Positions 52,907-62,197 of a stretch of DNA of 64,000 nt are shown piece after piece (position 1 is the first letter of the stretch; every line of letters starts with the position of its first letter). This stretch comes from Gemmatimonadota bacterium (GTDB lineage Bacteria > Gemmatimonadota > Gemmatimonadetes > Longimicrobiales > Gaopeijiaceae), in contig JBDHHQ010000008.1 of the NCBI GenBank assembly GCA_039589315.1, positions 45,430 through 109,429 of the forward strand, written 5' to 3'. Both the position numbers and the translations under genes were made by a program. The notes below the pieces were generated by a model that did no database searches, was not told the origin of the DNA, and saw nothing but the letters and a program-made list of their open reading frames with translations.

Positions 52907-52945
52907 GGACCCCCGTCGGCGTCGCCGGCGGGGGTTCTTCCTTGT
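52907..52945 (+). terminator. Rho-independent terminator after tonB
   Basis: Stem ACCCCCGTCGGC/GCCGGCGGGGGT followed by TCTTCCTTGT. Confidence 0.7.
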
Positions 52946-53086
52946 GACGGCCCTCGTGCCCGAGGCGTAGCCCGCCCACTCGGGATCCAGTCGCGGGCGG
53001 GCCGGCGCTCGTTTCGCTGCGAGGGGGACGGCCTGGGGCGACGCCTGTGGAACCGCCCGGGCCTGCAGGTGCCCTGCGACGTTTCT

Positions 53087-53114
53087 TTGGAATTCCCCCC
53101 GCGCGACTTAGAAT
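53087..53114 (+). promoter_or_regulatory. Candidate promoter (TTGGAA-N16-TAGAAT), possibly leaderless yggS
   Basis: TAGAAT ends 6 nt before ATG 53121; no Shine-Dalgarno visible. Confidence 0.45.
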
Positions 53115-53120
53115 TGTCCG

Positions 53121-53813
53121 ATGTATCGAGCGACGCTGCAGGAGGCCCTGCCACGAGTCCGGGACGCCATCGCCCGTGCGGCCCAGCGGGCGGGCAGGGA
53201 GCCAGAGGCCGTGCGGGTCGTGGCCGTGACGAAGGCACACCCGCTCGCGGCGTTGACGGCGGCGCTGGAGGCGGGTCTCTCCGACCTCGGAGAGAACCGG
53301 GTGGAAGAGCTGGAGTGGAAGCGGGCCGAGATCGTTGACGTGCCGGCCCATTGGCACATGGTCGGGCACGTGCAGAGTCGAAAGGCCGCCCGCGTCACTG
53401 CGGTCGCCGACATCGTCCACTCTGTCGACTCGGTCAAGCTGGCCCGGCGGTTGTCAGCGGCGGCCGTCGAGTCGGGCAGGACGTTGGATGTCCTGATTCA
53501 GGTCAACACGTCCGGCGAGGCTTCCAAGAGCGGCCTCTCGCCGGATGAGGCGCTGGAGACCGTTCAACAGGTGCTGGAGCTCGGCGGGCTTCGCGTGGAA
53601 GGGCTCATGACCATGGCGCCCTTCACCGACAATGAGGGTAGGCTTCGCGACGCCTTCCGGGGTCTGCGAGAGACCCTCGAAGCGGCGCGAAAGCTCTCGG
53701 AGAAGGTAGGAAGCGAGCTGTCCATGGGGATGACGAACGACTTCGGCATCGCGATCGAGGAGGGCAGCACGATGGTACGCCTTGGTACGGCACTTTTCGG
53801 GAAGCGATCATGA
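53121..53813 (+). CDS. yggS: PLP homeostasis protein YggS
   Basis: VAVTK, LGENRVEE, WHMVGHVQSRK, GLMTM, LSMGM and EEGSTMVRLGTALFG motifs. Confidence 0.95.
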   Translation: MYRATLQEALPRVRDAIARAAQRAGREPEAVRVVAVTKAHPLAALTAALEAGLSDLGENRVEELEWKRAEIVDVPAHWHMVGHVQSRKAARVTAVADIVHSVDSVKLARRLSAAAVESGRTLDVLIQVNTSGEASKSGLSPDEALETVQQVLELGGLRVEGLMTMAPFTDNEGRLRDAFRGLRETLEAARKLSEKVGSELSMGMTNDFGIAIEEGSTMVRLGTALFGKRS

Positions 53814-54721
53814 TCGACTTGACACCACTCGACGTCCGGAAGAAGCGCGGAGACTTCGCCAAACAGCTCAGGGGATACGAGGCTGACGAGGTCGACAGCT
53901 TCCTCGAGCTCGTGGCGGAGCGCCTCGAGACGCTCGTCAAGGAAAACCTGACCCTGAAGGAGCGAACGGCAAGGCTTGCGGACCAGCTCCGATCTCAGGA
54001 GGGACGGGAGCGGGCCGTCCAGGAGGCTCTGGTCACCGCCCAGGAGCTGCGGGAGGACATCCTGGGCCAGGCCAGGCGGGAAGCGGATCTGCTGCTGCGG
54101 GAGTCCCGGGCCGACGCCGAGGAAGCCCGCCGGCTGATCGATGCCCAGGCCGAGCAGTTGAAGCGGGATGCTCAGGCGCATGTGGAGCGGGCGTTGGAGC
54201 ACGGGCGCACCCGCGCCGAGGATCTGCGCGCCTCGATCGAGGAGCTGGAGCGGCGCCGCGTCAGGTTCCTGAAGTCCTTCCGGGTCCTCCTCGAGCGGGA
54301 GTTGGACGACGTGGAGGTCGAAGAGATGAAGGCCCCCGCCGAAGAAGATGCGCTCGAGATCGACCTGCACGGCTTCGAGTGGCAGGAGCCGAGCGCGCCG
54401 GCCGCGGCCGTGGTAGACGCGGCCGGGAGCCGGGACGCCGATAGCGCGGAGATGGCGGCGCCGGTGGACATCGAGAGTCTGGCGCCCACGGATGCCGAGG
54501 CCAGCGCCGCTGAGCCTGCAGGCGACTACGACGAAGAGGCGTCGCGTGCCGGGCTCCGGAAAGAGCCCCTGCAGGACGGGGAGCCGCCGCAAGGGACGGT
54601 CTACGAGTCAGGACCCGACGCAGGGACGTCCACGGACCCGCGCGTGTGGACCTCCACGTTGGTCTACGACGAGCGCACGGGCAACGCGGACGGTGAGGAT
54701 CCTCCCTTCAGTGGAAAGTGA
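53810..54721 (+). CDS. divIVA: DivIVA domain protein with acidic C-terminal tail
   Basis: LTPLDVRKK..F...LRGY...EVDSFL N-terminus followed by a long coiled coil. Confidence 0.85.
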   Translation: MIDLTPLDVRKKRGDFAKQLRGYEADEVDSFLELVAERLETLVKENLTLKERTARLADQLRSQEGRERAVQEALVTAQELREDILGQARREADLLLRESRADAEEARRLIDAQAEQLKRDAQAHVERALEHGRTRAEDLRASIEELERRRVRFLKSFRVLLERELDDVEVEEMKAPAEEDALEIDLHGFEWQEPSAPAAAVVDAAGSRDADSAEMAAPVDIESLAPTDAEASAAEPAGDYDEEASRAGLRKEPLQDGEPPQGTVYESGPDAGTSTDPRVWTSTLVYDERTGNADGEDPPFSGK

Positions 54722-55547
54722 CGCCGGCTCGGCTCAACTGGCCCTGCTGGAGGAGGCGGTTCACGCAGTTCGTAGCCGGAGTGCCTTCGTGCCGCGCGTG
54801 GGCATCGTGCTCGGCACGGGTCTCGGTGGGCTGGCCGAACAGATCGACCAGGTGGATGTCATCCCGTACGAGGAACTCCCGCACTTCCCGGCGCCGACGG
54901 TGGAGAGCCACTCCGGACGGCTCATCCTGGGAATGCTGGGCGGCACTCCGGTGGTGGCGCTGCAGGGACGCTTCCATCGGTACGAGGGGTACGACCTACG
55001 CCAGGTGACGCTGCCGGTCCGGGTCATGAAGATGCTGGGGGCCGAGACCCTCATCGTGTCCGGTGCGAGCGGCGGCATGCACCCTCTGTGGCCGGCCGGC
55101 TCGCTGGTGCTGTTGGATGACCACATCAACCTGCTTGGCGACAACCCCCTGGTGGGCCCGAACCTGGATGCGCTGGGACCGCGCTTCCCGGACATGTCGG
55201 AGCCGTACGACCACGCATTGCAGGAAAAGGCCATGAGCGTGGCCCTGGCGAAGGGCATACCGCTGCACCGCGGCGTGTACGCCGCCGTGGTCGGACCGAA
55301 CCTCGAGACCCGTGCGGAGTACCGCATGCTTCGGACCATCGGCGCCGACGTGGTGGGCATGTCCACGGTTCCCGAAGTGATCGTGGCCAGACACATGGGC
55401 ATGCGAGTGCTGGGCATCGTGATCATCACGGACCTGTGTCTGCCGGACGCCCTCGAGGAGGCCGATGTGGCCACGATCATCCAGACAGCCAGGGAAGCCG
55501 AGCCAGCCCTCACGAGCATCATCCACGACGTCGTGGCCGAGCTCTGA
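54711..55547 (+). CDS. punA: Purine-nucleoside phosphorylase (trimeric type)
   Basis: GIVLGTGLG, GRFHRYEG, GPRFPDM, GPNLETRAE and VGMSTVPE motifs. Confidence 0.92.
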   Translation: MESDAGSAQLALLEEAVHAVRSRSAFVPRVGIVLGTGLGGLAEQIDQVDVIPYEELPHFPAPTVESHSGRLILGMLGGTPVVALQGRFHRYEGYDLRQVTLPVRVMKMLGAETLIVSGASGGMHPLWPAGSLVLLDDHINLLGDNPLVGPNLDALGPRFPDMSEPYDHALQEKAMSVALAKGIPLHRGVYAAVVGPNLETRAEYRMLRTIGADVVGMSTVPEVIVARHMGMRVLGIVIITDLCLPDALEEADVATIIQTAREAEPALTSIIHDVVAEL

Positions 55548-55610
55548 CACCCGGCCGGGCCGGCCTCCCTCCATCAACCTGACGCTTGCTACACAAGCGC
55601 GATCGAGCAC

Positions 55611-58600
55611 ATGCGATACCCAGAGCTTCCCGAGTCCCTCATCGCCCTGGAAGAACAGACCCTCGAGCGCTGGCGCGAGGAAGATCTCTTCCACCAGACG
55701 CTGGCGGCCACCGCCGACGGCGAGCCATTCGTCTTCTACGAGGGCCCGCCGACGGCCAACGGCCGTCCCGGCCTGCATCACATCATCAGCCGAACCATCA
55801 AGGATCTGGTGTGTCGCCACCGGACCATGAACGGGCGGGCGGTGACGCGGATAGCGGGATGGGACACACACGGGCTGCCGGTGGAGATCGAAGCGGAGAA
55901 GAAGCTCGGAATCTCCGGAAAGCCCGAGATCGAAGCTCTCGGGATCGCCCGGTTCAACGACGTGTGCCGGGACTCCGTGTTCACCTACAAGACCGAGTGG
56001 GAGAGCCTCTCGGAGCGAATCGGCTACTGGCTCGACTACTCGCGCCCGTATGTGACGTTTCGCCCCGAGTACATCGAGTCGGTGTGGTGGATCCTCGCCG
56101 AGCTGGCCCGGAACGGACTGCTCTACCGTGGGCACAAGAGCGTCCCCTACTGCCCCCGGTGCGGAACGGCCCTCAGCTCACACGAGGTGGCTCAGGGCTA
56201 CGCCGACGTCGAGGACCCGTCGCTCTTCTTCCTCGCCCCGCTCCTCACCGACGACGGAGAGCCGGACCCCGACGGTCGGGCGTTCCTGGTGTGGACGACG
56301 ACGCCGTGGACGGTACCGTCGAACGTCGGTCTGGCCGTTAACCCGGGTCTCTTCTACGCCGAGGTAGCCCACGAGGGCCGGCGCCTGATCCTGGCCGAGA
56401 GCCTGGTGGAGCGCGTGTTCGGGGAAGGCGCCGAGGTAGTGGCCAGATACCCGGCCAGCGACCTGGTCGGCCGCCGGTACGCCCGATCCCTCGACCTGGT
56501 CCCCGAGCCGGCGGACGTGGGTAACGCCTGGACCGTCGTGGCGGAGGACTTCGTGAGCGCCGAGGACGGTACGGGCATCGTCCACATGGCGCCGGCCTTC
56601 GGCGCCGATGACTACGCGGCCGGTAAGCGGCACGGGCTTCCCCTGCTCAGGCCGGTGGACGACACGGGATCGTTCACGGAGAGCACGGCCGTCGTGGGAG
56701 GCATGTTCGTCAAGGACGCGGACCCGGTCGTGATCGAGGAGTTGGAGCGCCGCGGCAACCTGTTCGGGGTCGAGAAGGTCTTCCATTCCTACCCCCACTG
56801 CTGGCGCTGCGACTCGCCCCTCATCTACATGGCGCGGGACTCCTGGTTCGCCGCGACCTCCCGGCTGAGAGACGAGCTGCTGGAGCACAACGCCGCCATC
56901 CACTGGTTCCCGCCCGAGGTCGGCGAGGGCCGCATGGGGGAGTGGCTGAAGGGAAACGTGGACTGGGCGCTGTCCCGCGAGCGGTTCTGGGGCACGCCCT
57001 TGCCCGTGTGGATCTGCGAGGCCGATCCCGGTCACATCGAGTGGATCGGGAGCCTCGACGAGCTGAGACAGCGGGCGGGAGGCCTGCCGGCGGATTTCGA
57101 TCCTCACCGTCCGTACATCGACGAGGTCACGTGGACGTGCGCCGACTGCTCGGGCACCATGCGGCGCACCGAGACAGTCCTCGACGTCTGGTTCGACTCG
57201 GGCGCCATGCCGTTCGCCCAATGGCACTACCCCTTCGAGCACGGGGCGGAGTTCGAGCGCCATTTCCCGGCGGACTTCATCTGCGAGGGACTCGACCAGA
57301 CGCGGGGTTGGTTCTACTCGCTGCTGGCCATCTCCACCATGCTCGGGCGGGGCGCGCCCTACCTCAACGTGGTCGTGAACGACCTCATCCAGGACGCCGA
57401 GGGGCAGAAGATGTCCAAGTCCAGGGGCAACGTCGTCGATCCGTGGGACGCCATCGCCGAGCACGGCTCGGATGCGCTTCGCTGGTACCTGATCACGTCG
57501 AGCAATCCGTGGGTGTCGAAGCGCTACAACTCGGAGGGCGTCCGCGAGGCGGCGCGAAAGCTCTTCGACACCCTCTTCAACACGTATCGGTTCTTCTCCC
57601 TGTACGCCAACGTCGAGGACTGGGAGCCCCGTGACGACGATCCGCCTCCGGCGGAGCGCAGCATCCTGGACCGCTGGATACTCGCCCGCCTCCACCGACT
57701 CGTCGGTGACGTCGGCGAGGAGCTGGACGGCTACCAGATCACCCGCGCGTACCGACAGGTCGCCGACTTCCTGAACGAGGACCTGTCGAACTGGTACGTG
57801 CGTCGGTCGCGATCCCGTTTCTGGGGCAGCAGTGACCGTGCCGATGCCCGGGCGGCGTTCCGCACGCTCTGGGAGTGCCTGCGGACCGTGTCCCTGCTCG
57901 TGGCTCCGGTGGCGCCCTTCACGGGGGACTGGCTGCACCGGGGTCTCACCGGCGAGAGCGCGCACCTGAGTCGGTTCCCGTCCGCCGACGAGCATGCGCT
58001 GGACGGGGAGCTCGAGGCGGAGATGGCGGCGGTGCGCGCCCTGGTGTCGCTGGGGCGCGCGGCCCGGGAGGAGGTCCAGATCCGGGTCCGGCAGCCTCTG
58101 TCCCGCCTGTACGGCGTGCTGCCCGGCAAGGGCGTGCGCTCCGAGCTGTTGGAGCTGCTCGAAGACGAGCTCAACGTCAAGTCCGTGAGACTCCTGGGCA
58201 CCGCCGAGGAGCTGGTCGCGCTCGCGGCGCGCCCCAACTTCCGGGCGCTCGGACCCCGCTTCGGCAAGAACACCAACATGGCCGCGGCAGCGATCCGCTC
58301 GCTCACATCCGAGGCGCTCGAGGCGTTCCAGGGCGGAGAGCCGGTGGTCATCGACCTCGAAGGTGAGAGCCACGCCTTGGACGCGGGCGATTTCGAGCTG
58401 GTCGAGGAAGCCCGGGGCGACCTGGTCGTCAGGAGCGAAGCCGGGTATACGGCGGCGCTGGATCCCGGCTTGACCGACGAGCTCGTAGCGGAGGGTCTCG
58501 CCCGCGAGCTCGTGAACCGGATTCAGCGGCTCCGCAAGGACTCGGGGCTCGAGATCACCGACCGCATCGATCTCGGGATCTTCGGGACCGAGGACGTCAT

Positions 58601-58760
58601 GGCCGCGGCCTCCGCCCATCGCGGCTTCATCGCGGGCGAAACGCTGGCCGAGGCCTTGGAGGTGAGCACCGACGGAAACCCCGGTGACTACGACGCCACG
58701 CAGGACGTGGATCTCGACGGCCGCACCGCGGTGATCGGCCTCAGCCGACGCGGGAGCTGA
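55611..58760 (+). CDS. ileS: Isoleucine--tRNA ligase, type 2
   Basis: YEGPPTANG.PGLHH, GWDTHGLPVE, WTTTPWT, EGLDQTRGWFY and KMSKS motifs; long C-terminus EGLARELVNRIQRLRK lacking the type-1 Zn finger. Confidence 0.97.
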   Translation: MRYPELPESLIALEEQTLERWREEDLFHQTLAATADGEPFVFYEGPPTANGRPGLHHIISRTIKDLVCRHRTMNGRAVTRIAGWDTHGLPVEIEAEKKLGISGKPEIEALGIARFNDVCRDSVFTYKTEWESLSERIGYWLDYSRPYVTFRPEYIESVWWILAELARNGLLYRGHKSVPYCPRCGTALSSHEVAQGYADVEDPSLFFLAPLLTDDGEPDPDGRAFLVWTTTPWTVPSNVGLAVNPGLFYAEVAHEGRRLILAESLVERVFGEGAEVVARYPASDLVGRRYARSLDLVPEPADVGNAWTVVAEDFVSAEDGTGIVHMAPAFGADDYAAGKRHGLPLLRPVDDTGSFTESTAVVGGMFVKDADPVVIEELERRGNLFGVEKVFHSYPHCWRCDSPLIYMARDSWFAATSRLRDELLEHNAAIHWFPPEVGEGRMGEWLKGNVDWALSRERFWGTPLPVWICEADPGHIEWIGSLDELRQRAGGLPADFDPHRPYIDEVTWTCADCSGTMRRTETVLDVWFDSGAMPFAQWHYPFEHGAEFERHFPADFICEGLDQTRGWFYSLLAISTMLGRGAPYLNVVVNDLIQDAEGQKMSKSRGNVVDPWDAIAEHGSDALRWYLITSSNPWVSKRYNSEGVREAARKLFDTLFNTYRFFSLYANVEDWEPRDDDPPPAERSILDRWILARLHRLVGDVGEELDGYQITRAYRQVADFLNEDLSNWYVRRSRSRFWGSSDRADARAAFRTLWECLRTVSLLVAPVAPFTGDWLHRGLTGESAHLSRFPSADEHALDGELEAEMAAVRALVSLGRAAREEVQIRVRQPLSRLYGVLPGKGVRSELLELLEDELNVKSVRLLGTAEELVALAARPNFRALGPRFGKNTNMAAAAIRSLTSEALEAFQGGEPVVIDLEGESHALDAGDFELVEEARGDLVVRSEAGYTAALDPGLTDELVAEGLARELVNRIQRLRKDSGLEITDRIDLGIFGTEDVMAAASAHRGFIAGETLAEALEVSTDGNPGDYDATQDVDLDGRTAVIGLSRRGS

Positions 58761-58813
58761 CGGGCTGGCGGTGCGTCCCCTCCCGGCCTCGAAGCCAGTC
58801 GGCGAGCCTCGCG

Positions 58814-59803
58814 CCGTAGGGGTTGGGCCATGACCGCGGGAGGGGCGTCGACCGAAGTGCTCACGGTGGACGAAACGGCCGAGGGACGCCTCGACGGCTG
58901 GCTCGCGGCCCGGTTGAACCTGTCGCGCACCCGGATCGCGGCCCTGATCCGGGAAGGGCACGTGCTCGTGGACGGCCGTGCTCCGCGCAAGTCCGAGGCG
59001 GTGTCGCCCGGCCAGCTGATCGAGGTGGAGATCCCGGCCCCGGAGGAGTTGACGGCCGAGCCCCAGGACATCCCCGTGGACATCGTTTACCAGGATGCCT
59101 CGCTGGTCGTCGTAAACAAGCCGCCGGGGCTGGTCGTACATCCAGCTCCCGGGCACGCCTCGGGCACCCTGGTGAACGCGCTGCTCCACCACGTACGCGA
59201 CCTGTCGGGCGTCGGCGGAACCCTACGGCCCGGGATCGTCCACAGACTGGACCGCTACACGTCCGGGCTCATGGTCGTCGCCAAGGACGACCAGGCTCAC
59301 CGGGCGTTGTCCCGGGCGCTCAAAGACCGGGAGGTCCAACGTCTTTACCTGGCCGCGTCTTGGGGCCACCTTGCTAAGAGCCCTTTGACCATCGACGGGC
59401 CCATCGGCCGGCATCCGACCGACCGGAAGAGGATGGCCGTCAGGGAGCGGGGGCGCTTCGCGCTCACCCGCTGCGCCGTGCTGGAGCGGTGGCGGGCGGC
59501 GGAGCTGCTCCGGGTTTCGCTCGGCACTGGACGCACCCATCAGATACGTGTCCACCTGTCGCACATCGGTCATCCCGTTGTCGGGGACGCCGTGTACGGC
59601 GCTGGTTGGGAGCGGGGAATGGGGGGGCAAGCTCACGCCTGGGCTCGGGAGCTGGCCCGGCGCACGCCGCGCCAGTTCCTTCACGCTGCGGAGCTGTCCT
59701 TCGAACATCCGCGAACCGGCGAGGAGCTGACCTTCGAGGCGTCGCTCCCGCCGGATCTGGCCGAGGTAGCGGCGTGGGCCAGGGAGAATCCGTAGGGGTT
59801 GGG
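58814..59803 (+). repeat. 14-bp direct repeat CCGTAGGGGTTGGG at 58814-58827 and 59790-59803 flanking rluD
   Basis: Exact match read at both sites. Confidence 0.5.
58830..59795 (+). CDS. rluD: RluA-family pseudouridine synthase (RluD-like, with S4 domain)
   Basis: RLD..LA, NKPPGLVVHP, RPGIVHRLDRYTSG, GRTHQIRVH and LHA motifs. Confidence 0.93.
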   Translation: MTAGGASTEVLTVDETAEGRLDGWLAARLNLSRTRIAALIREGHVLVDGRAPRKSEAVSPGQLIEVEIPAPEELTAEPQDIPVDIVYQDASLVVVNKPPGLVVHPAPGHASGTLVNALLHHVRDLSGVGGTLRPGIVHRLDRYTSGLMVVAKDDQAHRALSRALKDREVQRLYLAASWGHLAKSPLTIDGPIGRHPTDRKRMAVRERGRFALTRCAVLERWRAAELLRVSLGTGRTHQIRVHLSHIGHPVVGDAVYGAGWERGMGGQAHAWARELARRTPRQFLHAAELSFEHPRTGEELTFEASLPPDLAEVAAWARENP

Positions 59804-59930
59804 GTGTATGACGACGCGGAGGCCGGAGGCCGAAATAGCGAGTGAGCGGGACCCCGCATAGACTAGTGAAAGGCATCGGTCCGTCGAGGAGTCACGGCGG
59901 CCGTCCACGTTGAACCGAACAGTCTGGGCG

Positions 59931-60395
59931 ATGAGACACACAGACCTCACATCGGCTGACGAGAGCCGCCTGGAGGCCGCTCTCGAGGAGTTCACCGCGG
60001 GCTCCGGAGCCCGGTCGGCGGCTCTGGTGGACCAGCGGGGCAGCGTCCTTGCGAAAACGGGCCTCGCCTTGGGGCGAGCGGCGGATCTGGCCACACAGGC
60101 CGCCCGCCTCCACGCATCGGGTCGGCGCATCGGCGAGCTCGCCGGCTCCGGCGAGGTGCGCGAGCTGGTGGCGGTGGGCGGCGGGGGCCGCCTCACGGTG
60201 CAGGAGATGGCGAAACAGGGGGGCGCCGTCCTTCTCCTTTCGTTCTTCGATCCCGGGGCGGACGCGGGCCGCGTCTCCCGAGCGGTCGAGACCCTGCGAG
60301 GAGCCGTGGAGGGGTCCCGGTCGGGGTCGGGCCCGCTGGCTGCGCTGGAGGACACGATGCTCGAGCGGCTGGATCAGACGTTCCCGGCCGAATGA
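59931..60395 (+). CDS. Roadblock/LC7 (MglB-like) domain protein
   Basis: LEEF...SGARSAALVDQRG.VL N-terminus with helix-strand pattern typical of MglB/roadblock; divergent. Confidence 0.6.
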   Translation: MRHTDLTSADESRLEAALEEFTAGSGARSAALVDQRGSVLAKTGLALGRAADLATQAARLHASGRRIGELAGSGEVRELVAVGGGGRLTVQEMAKQGGAVLLLSFFDPGADAGRVSRAVETLRGAVEGSRSGSGPLAALEDTMLERLDQTFPAE

Positions 60396-60427
60396 GGCAC
60401 CTGCCGATCACTGAGCCCTAGCCACCC

Positions 60428-62197
60428 GTGGATCTGGATCGCCAGCTCACCTTCGAGAGCTTCGTCGTCGGCCCGGCCAACCGTCTGGCCTCCGCTGCGT
60501 CTCGACGCGCGGCCGACTCGCCGGGCCGGAGCTTCAATCCCCTGTTCATCTACTCCTCGTCCGGGCTCGGGAAGACCCACCTGCTCACCGCAATCGCCAA
60601 CCAGGCCGGCCACGGGCCCGCGTCGGCGCGCGTGCTCTACAAGACCCTCGAGAGCTACCTGGACGACCTGGAGAAGGCGCTGGAGCGCGGGGAGAAGGAC
60701 TCCCTACGGGAGACGTATCGCGATCTGGACATCCTTCTTCTCGACGACGTGCAGTTCATCACGGGCCATCCCGAAGCCCAGGAGATGCTCCTCGGGACCC
60801 TGGACGCCCTGACGGGCTCCGGGAGTCAGGTGGTCCTGGCCAGCGATCGCCCCCCCGCCGACATCGACGATCTGGATGCTCGGCTGCTGTCCCGGTTCTC
60901 CGGTGGTCTGATCGTGGACATCGCGCTGCCCGAGTACGAGACCCGAGTGGCCATCGTGCTCAAGAAGGTCTCCGACCGTGGGACCGACCTGGCTGCCGGC
61001 ACCGGCGAGGCGATCGCACGCTACCCCTACGACAACATCCGGGAGCTGCAGGGCGCGCTGAACCGAGTCCTCGCCATACAGGAGATCGAGGAGCGGGAGG
61101 TGCCTCCAGAAGAGATCGTCGACATCCTCGGGCCTGCCGGTGGCAGCCGCGAGGGCAGCGAGTTCGCGTCCTTCGTTCAGGAGCTCTCCGCCACCCTGGA
61201 GACCAGCGTTTCCGACGAGGAAGAGCGCTTGCGTGCGATGGTGCGGAAAACCATGGCCGAGGCGGAGGCAGAAGGCTTCAGCGCTGCTCGGCTGGAGCGT
61301 CTGCTCCAGGGCAAGCACTCGGCCGACGAGGTGAGGGAGGCAGCCGAGAGCTTCCGCAAGGAGTTGGAACGCCTGAAGAAGGTGCGCGCCGAGCTGGATC
61401 GGATCGGCAACCCCTGGCCGGAAGCGGCTGTCGAGCTTCTCTCCAATCCCGACCGGCTGCGGGAGGCCGAGGCATTGCTCGCATCGGCCCGCGAGCGGCA
61501 TCGCCCGTTTCCACCTCTTCCAGCGGGTCCCCAGCTGCAGGAGCTGACCGATCGCTTCTCACCCCTGGCGCTGAGGGTGGCCGAACAGCTGATCAAGGAG
61601 GAGCATCCCGACTACAACCCGCTCTACGTGTGGAGCCCGGACGGCGAGCTCGGCCTGGAGCTGCAGGGCGCAGCGGGACGGACCGCCCAGGACCTTCGGC
61701 CAGAGATGCGGATCGCCCTGATCTCCGTAAAGGAGTTCGCCGGGGAGTTCATCGAATCCCTGTCCACCGGAGTCGCGGGTGCGTGGCGGGAGCGCTGGTG
61801 GACCACGGACCTGCTGTTGCTCCACGGCGCGGAGAAGCTCGCGGACACCGAGCGGGCGCAGGAGGAGTTCTTCCACCTCTTCGAGGCGCTGAAACGGACG
61901 GGCGCCAGGGTGCTCCTGTCCGCCGACCGACCGCCGTCGTCCATCGACGGTATCGAGGACCGACTGCGCACGCGCTTCGAGGGCGGGCTCGTGCTGGAGC
62001 TCGAGGAGGGAGCAGGCGTGCCGGCCGACCAGGTTTCGCGCGCTGTGCCCACGCCGCCGCCTCCGCCCAGGCCAAAGCCAACACCCCAGCCCGCTCCGCA
62101 GGTGGCGGCCCCTCGCACCGAGTGGATCCCCTCCCGCGAATCGGTGATCTGGGATTGGCCCCGCATCGTCGAGCGAGTCGCCGAGGAGGTTGGCTGA
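60428..62197 (+). CDS. DnaA/Hda-like protein with two AAA+ modules and no DNA-binding domain IV
   Basis: Module 1: TFESFVVGPAN, NPLFIYSSSGLGKTHL, LLDDVQF, SDRPP, RLLSRF, NIRELQGAL. Module 2: YNPLYVW, QEEFFHLF, ADRPP, DRLRTRFEGGL. Confidence 0.85.
   Translation: MDLDRQLTFESFVVGPANRLASAASRRAADSPGRSFNPLFIYSSSGLGKTHLLTAIANQAGHGPASARVLYKTLESYLDDLEKALERGEKDSLRETYRDLDILLLDDVQFITGHPEAQEMLLGTLDALTGSGSQVVLASDRPPADIDDLDARLLSRFSGGLIVDIALPEYETRVAIVLKKVSDRGTDLAAGTGEAIARYPYDNIRELQGALNRVLAIQEIEEREVPPEEIVDILGPAGGSREGSEFASFVQELSATLETSVSDEEERLRAMVRKTMAEAEAEGFSAARLERLLQGKHSADEVREAAESFRKELERLKKVRAELDRIGNPWPEAAVELLSNPDRLREAEALLASARERHRPFPPLPAGPQLQELTDRFSPLALRVAEQLIKEEHPDYNPLYVWSPDGELGLELQGAAGRTAQDLRPEMRIALISVKEFAGEFIESLSTGVAGAWRERWWTTDLLLLHGAEKLADTERAQEEFFHLFEALKRTGARVLLSADRPPSSIDGIEDRLRTRFEGGLVLELEEGAGVPADQVSRAVPTPPPPPRPKPTPQPAPQVAAPRTEWIPSRESVIWDWPRIVERVAEEVG

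Noticed and set aside
56178..59192. 1004-aa antisense ORF, and similar long ORFs such as 508-2361, 6792-8537, 38685-40592, 41324-43849, 43401-45338 and 49824-51542
   Set aside because: These are shadow ORFs overlapping well-supported genes. They have no recognisable motifs and are expected in GC-rich DNA with few stop codons.
60428..62197. Calling this gene dnaA and the region oriC
   Set aside because: Domains I and IV are absent, dnaN/recF/gyrB are not adjacent, and no DnaA-box cluster or AT-rich unwinding element was seen.
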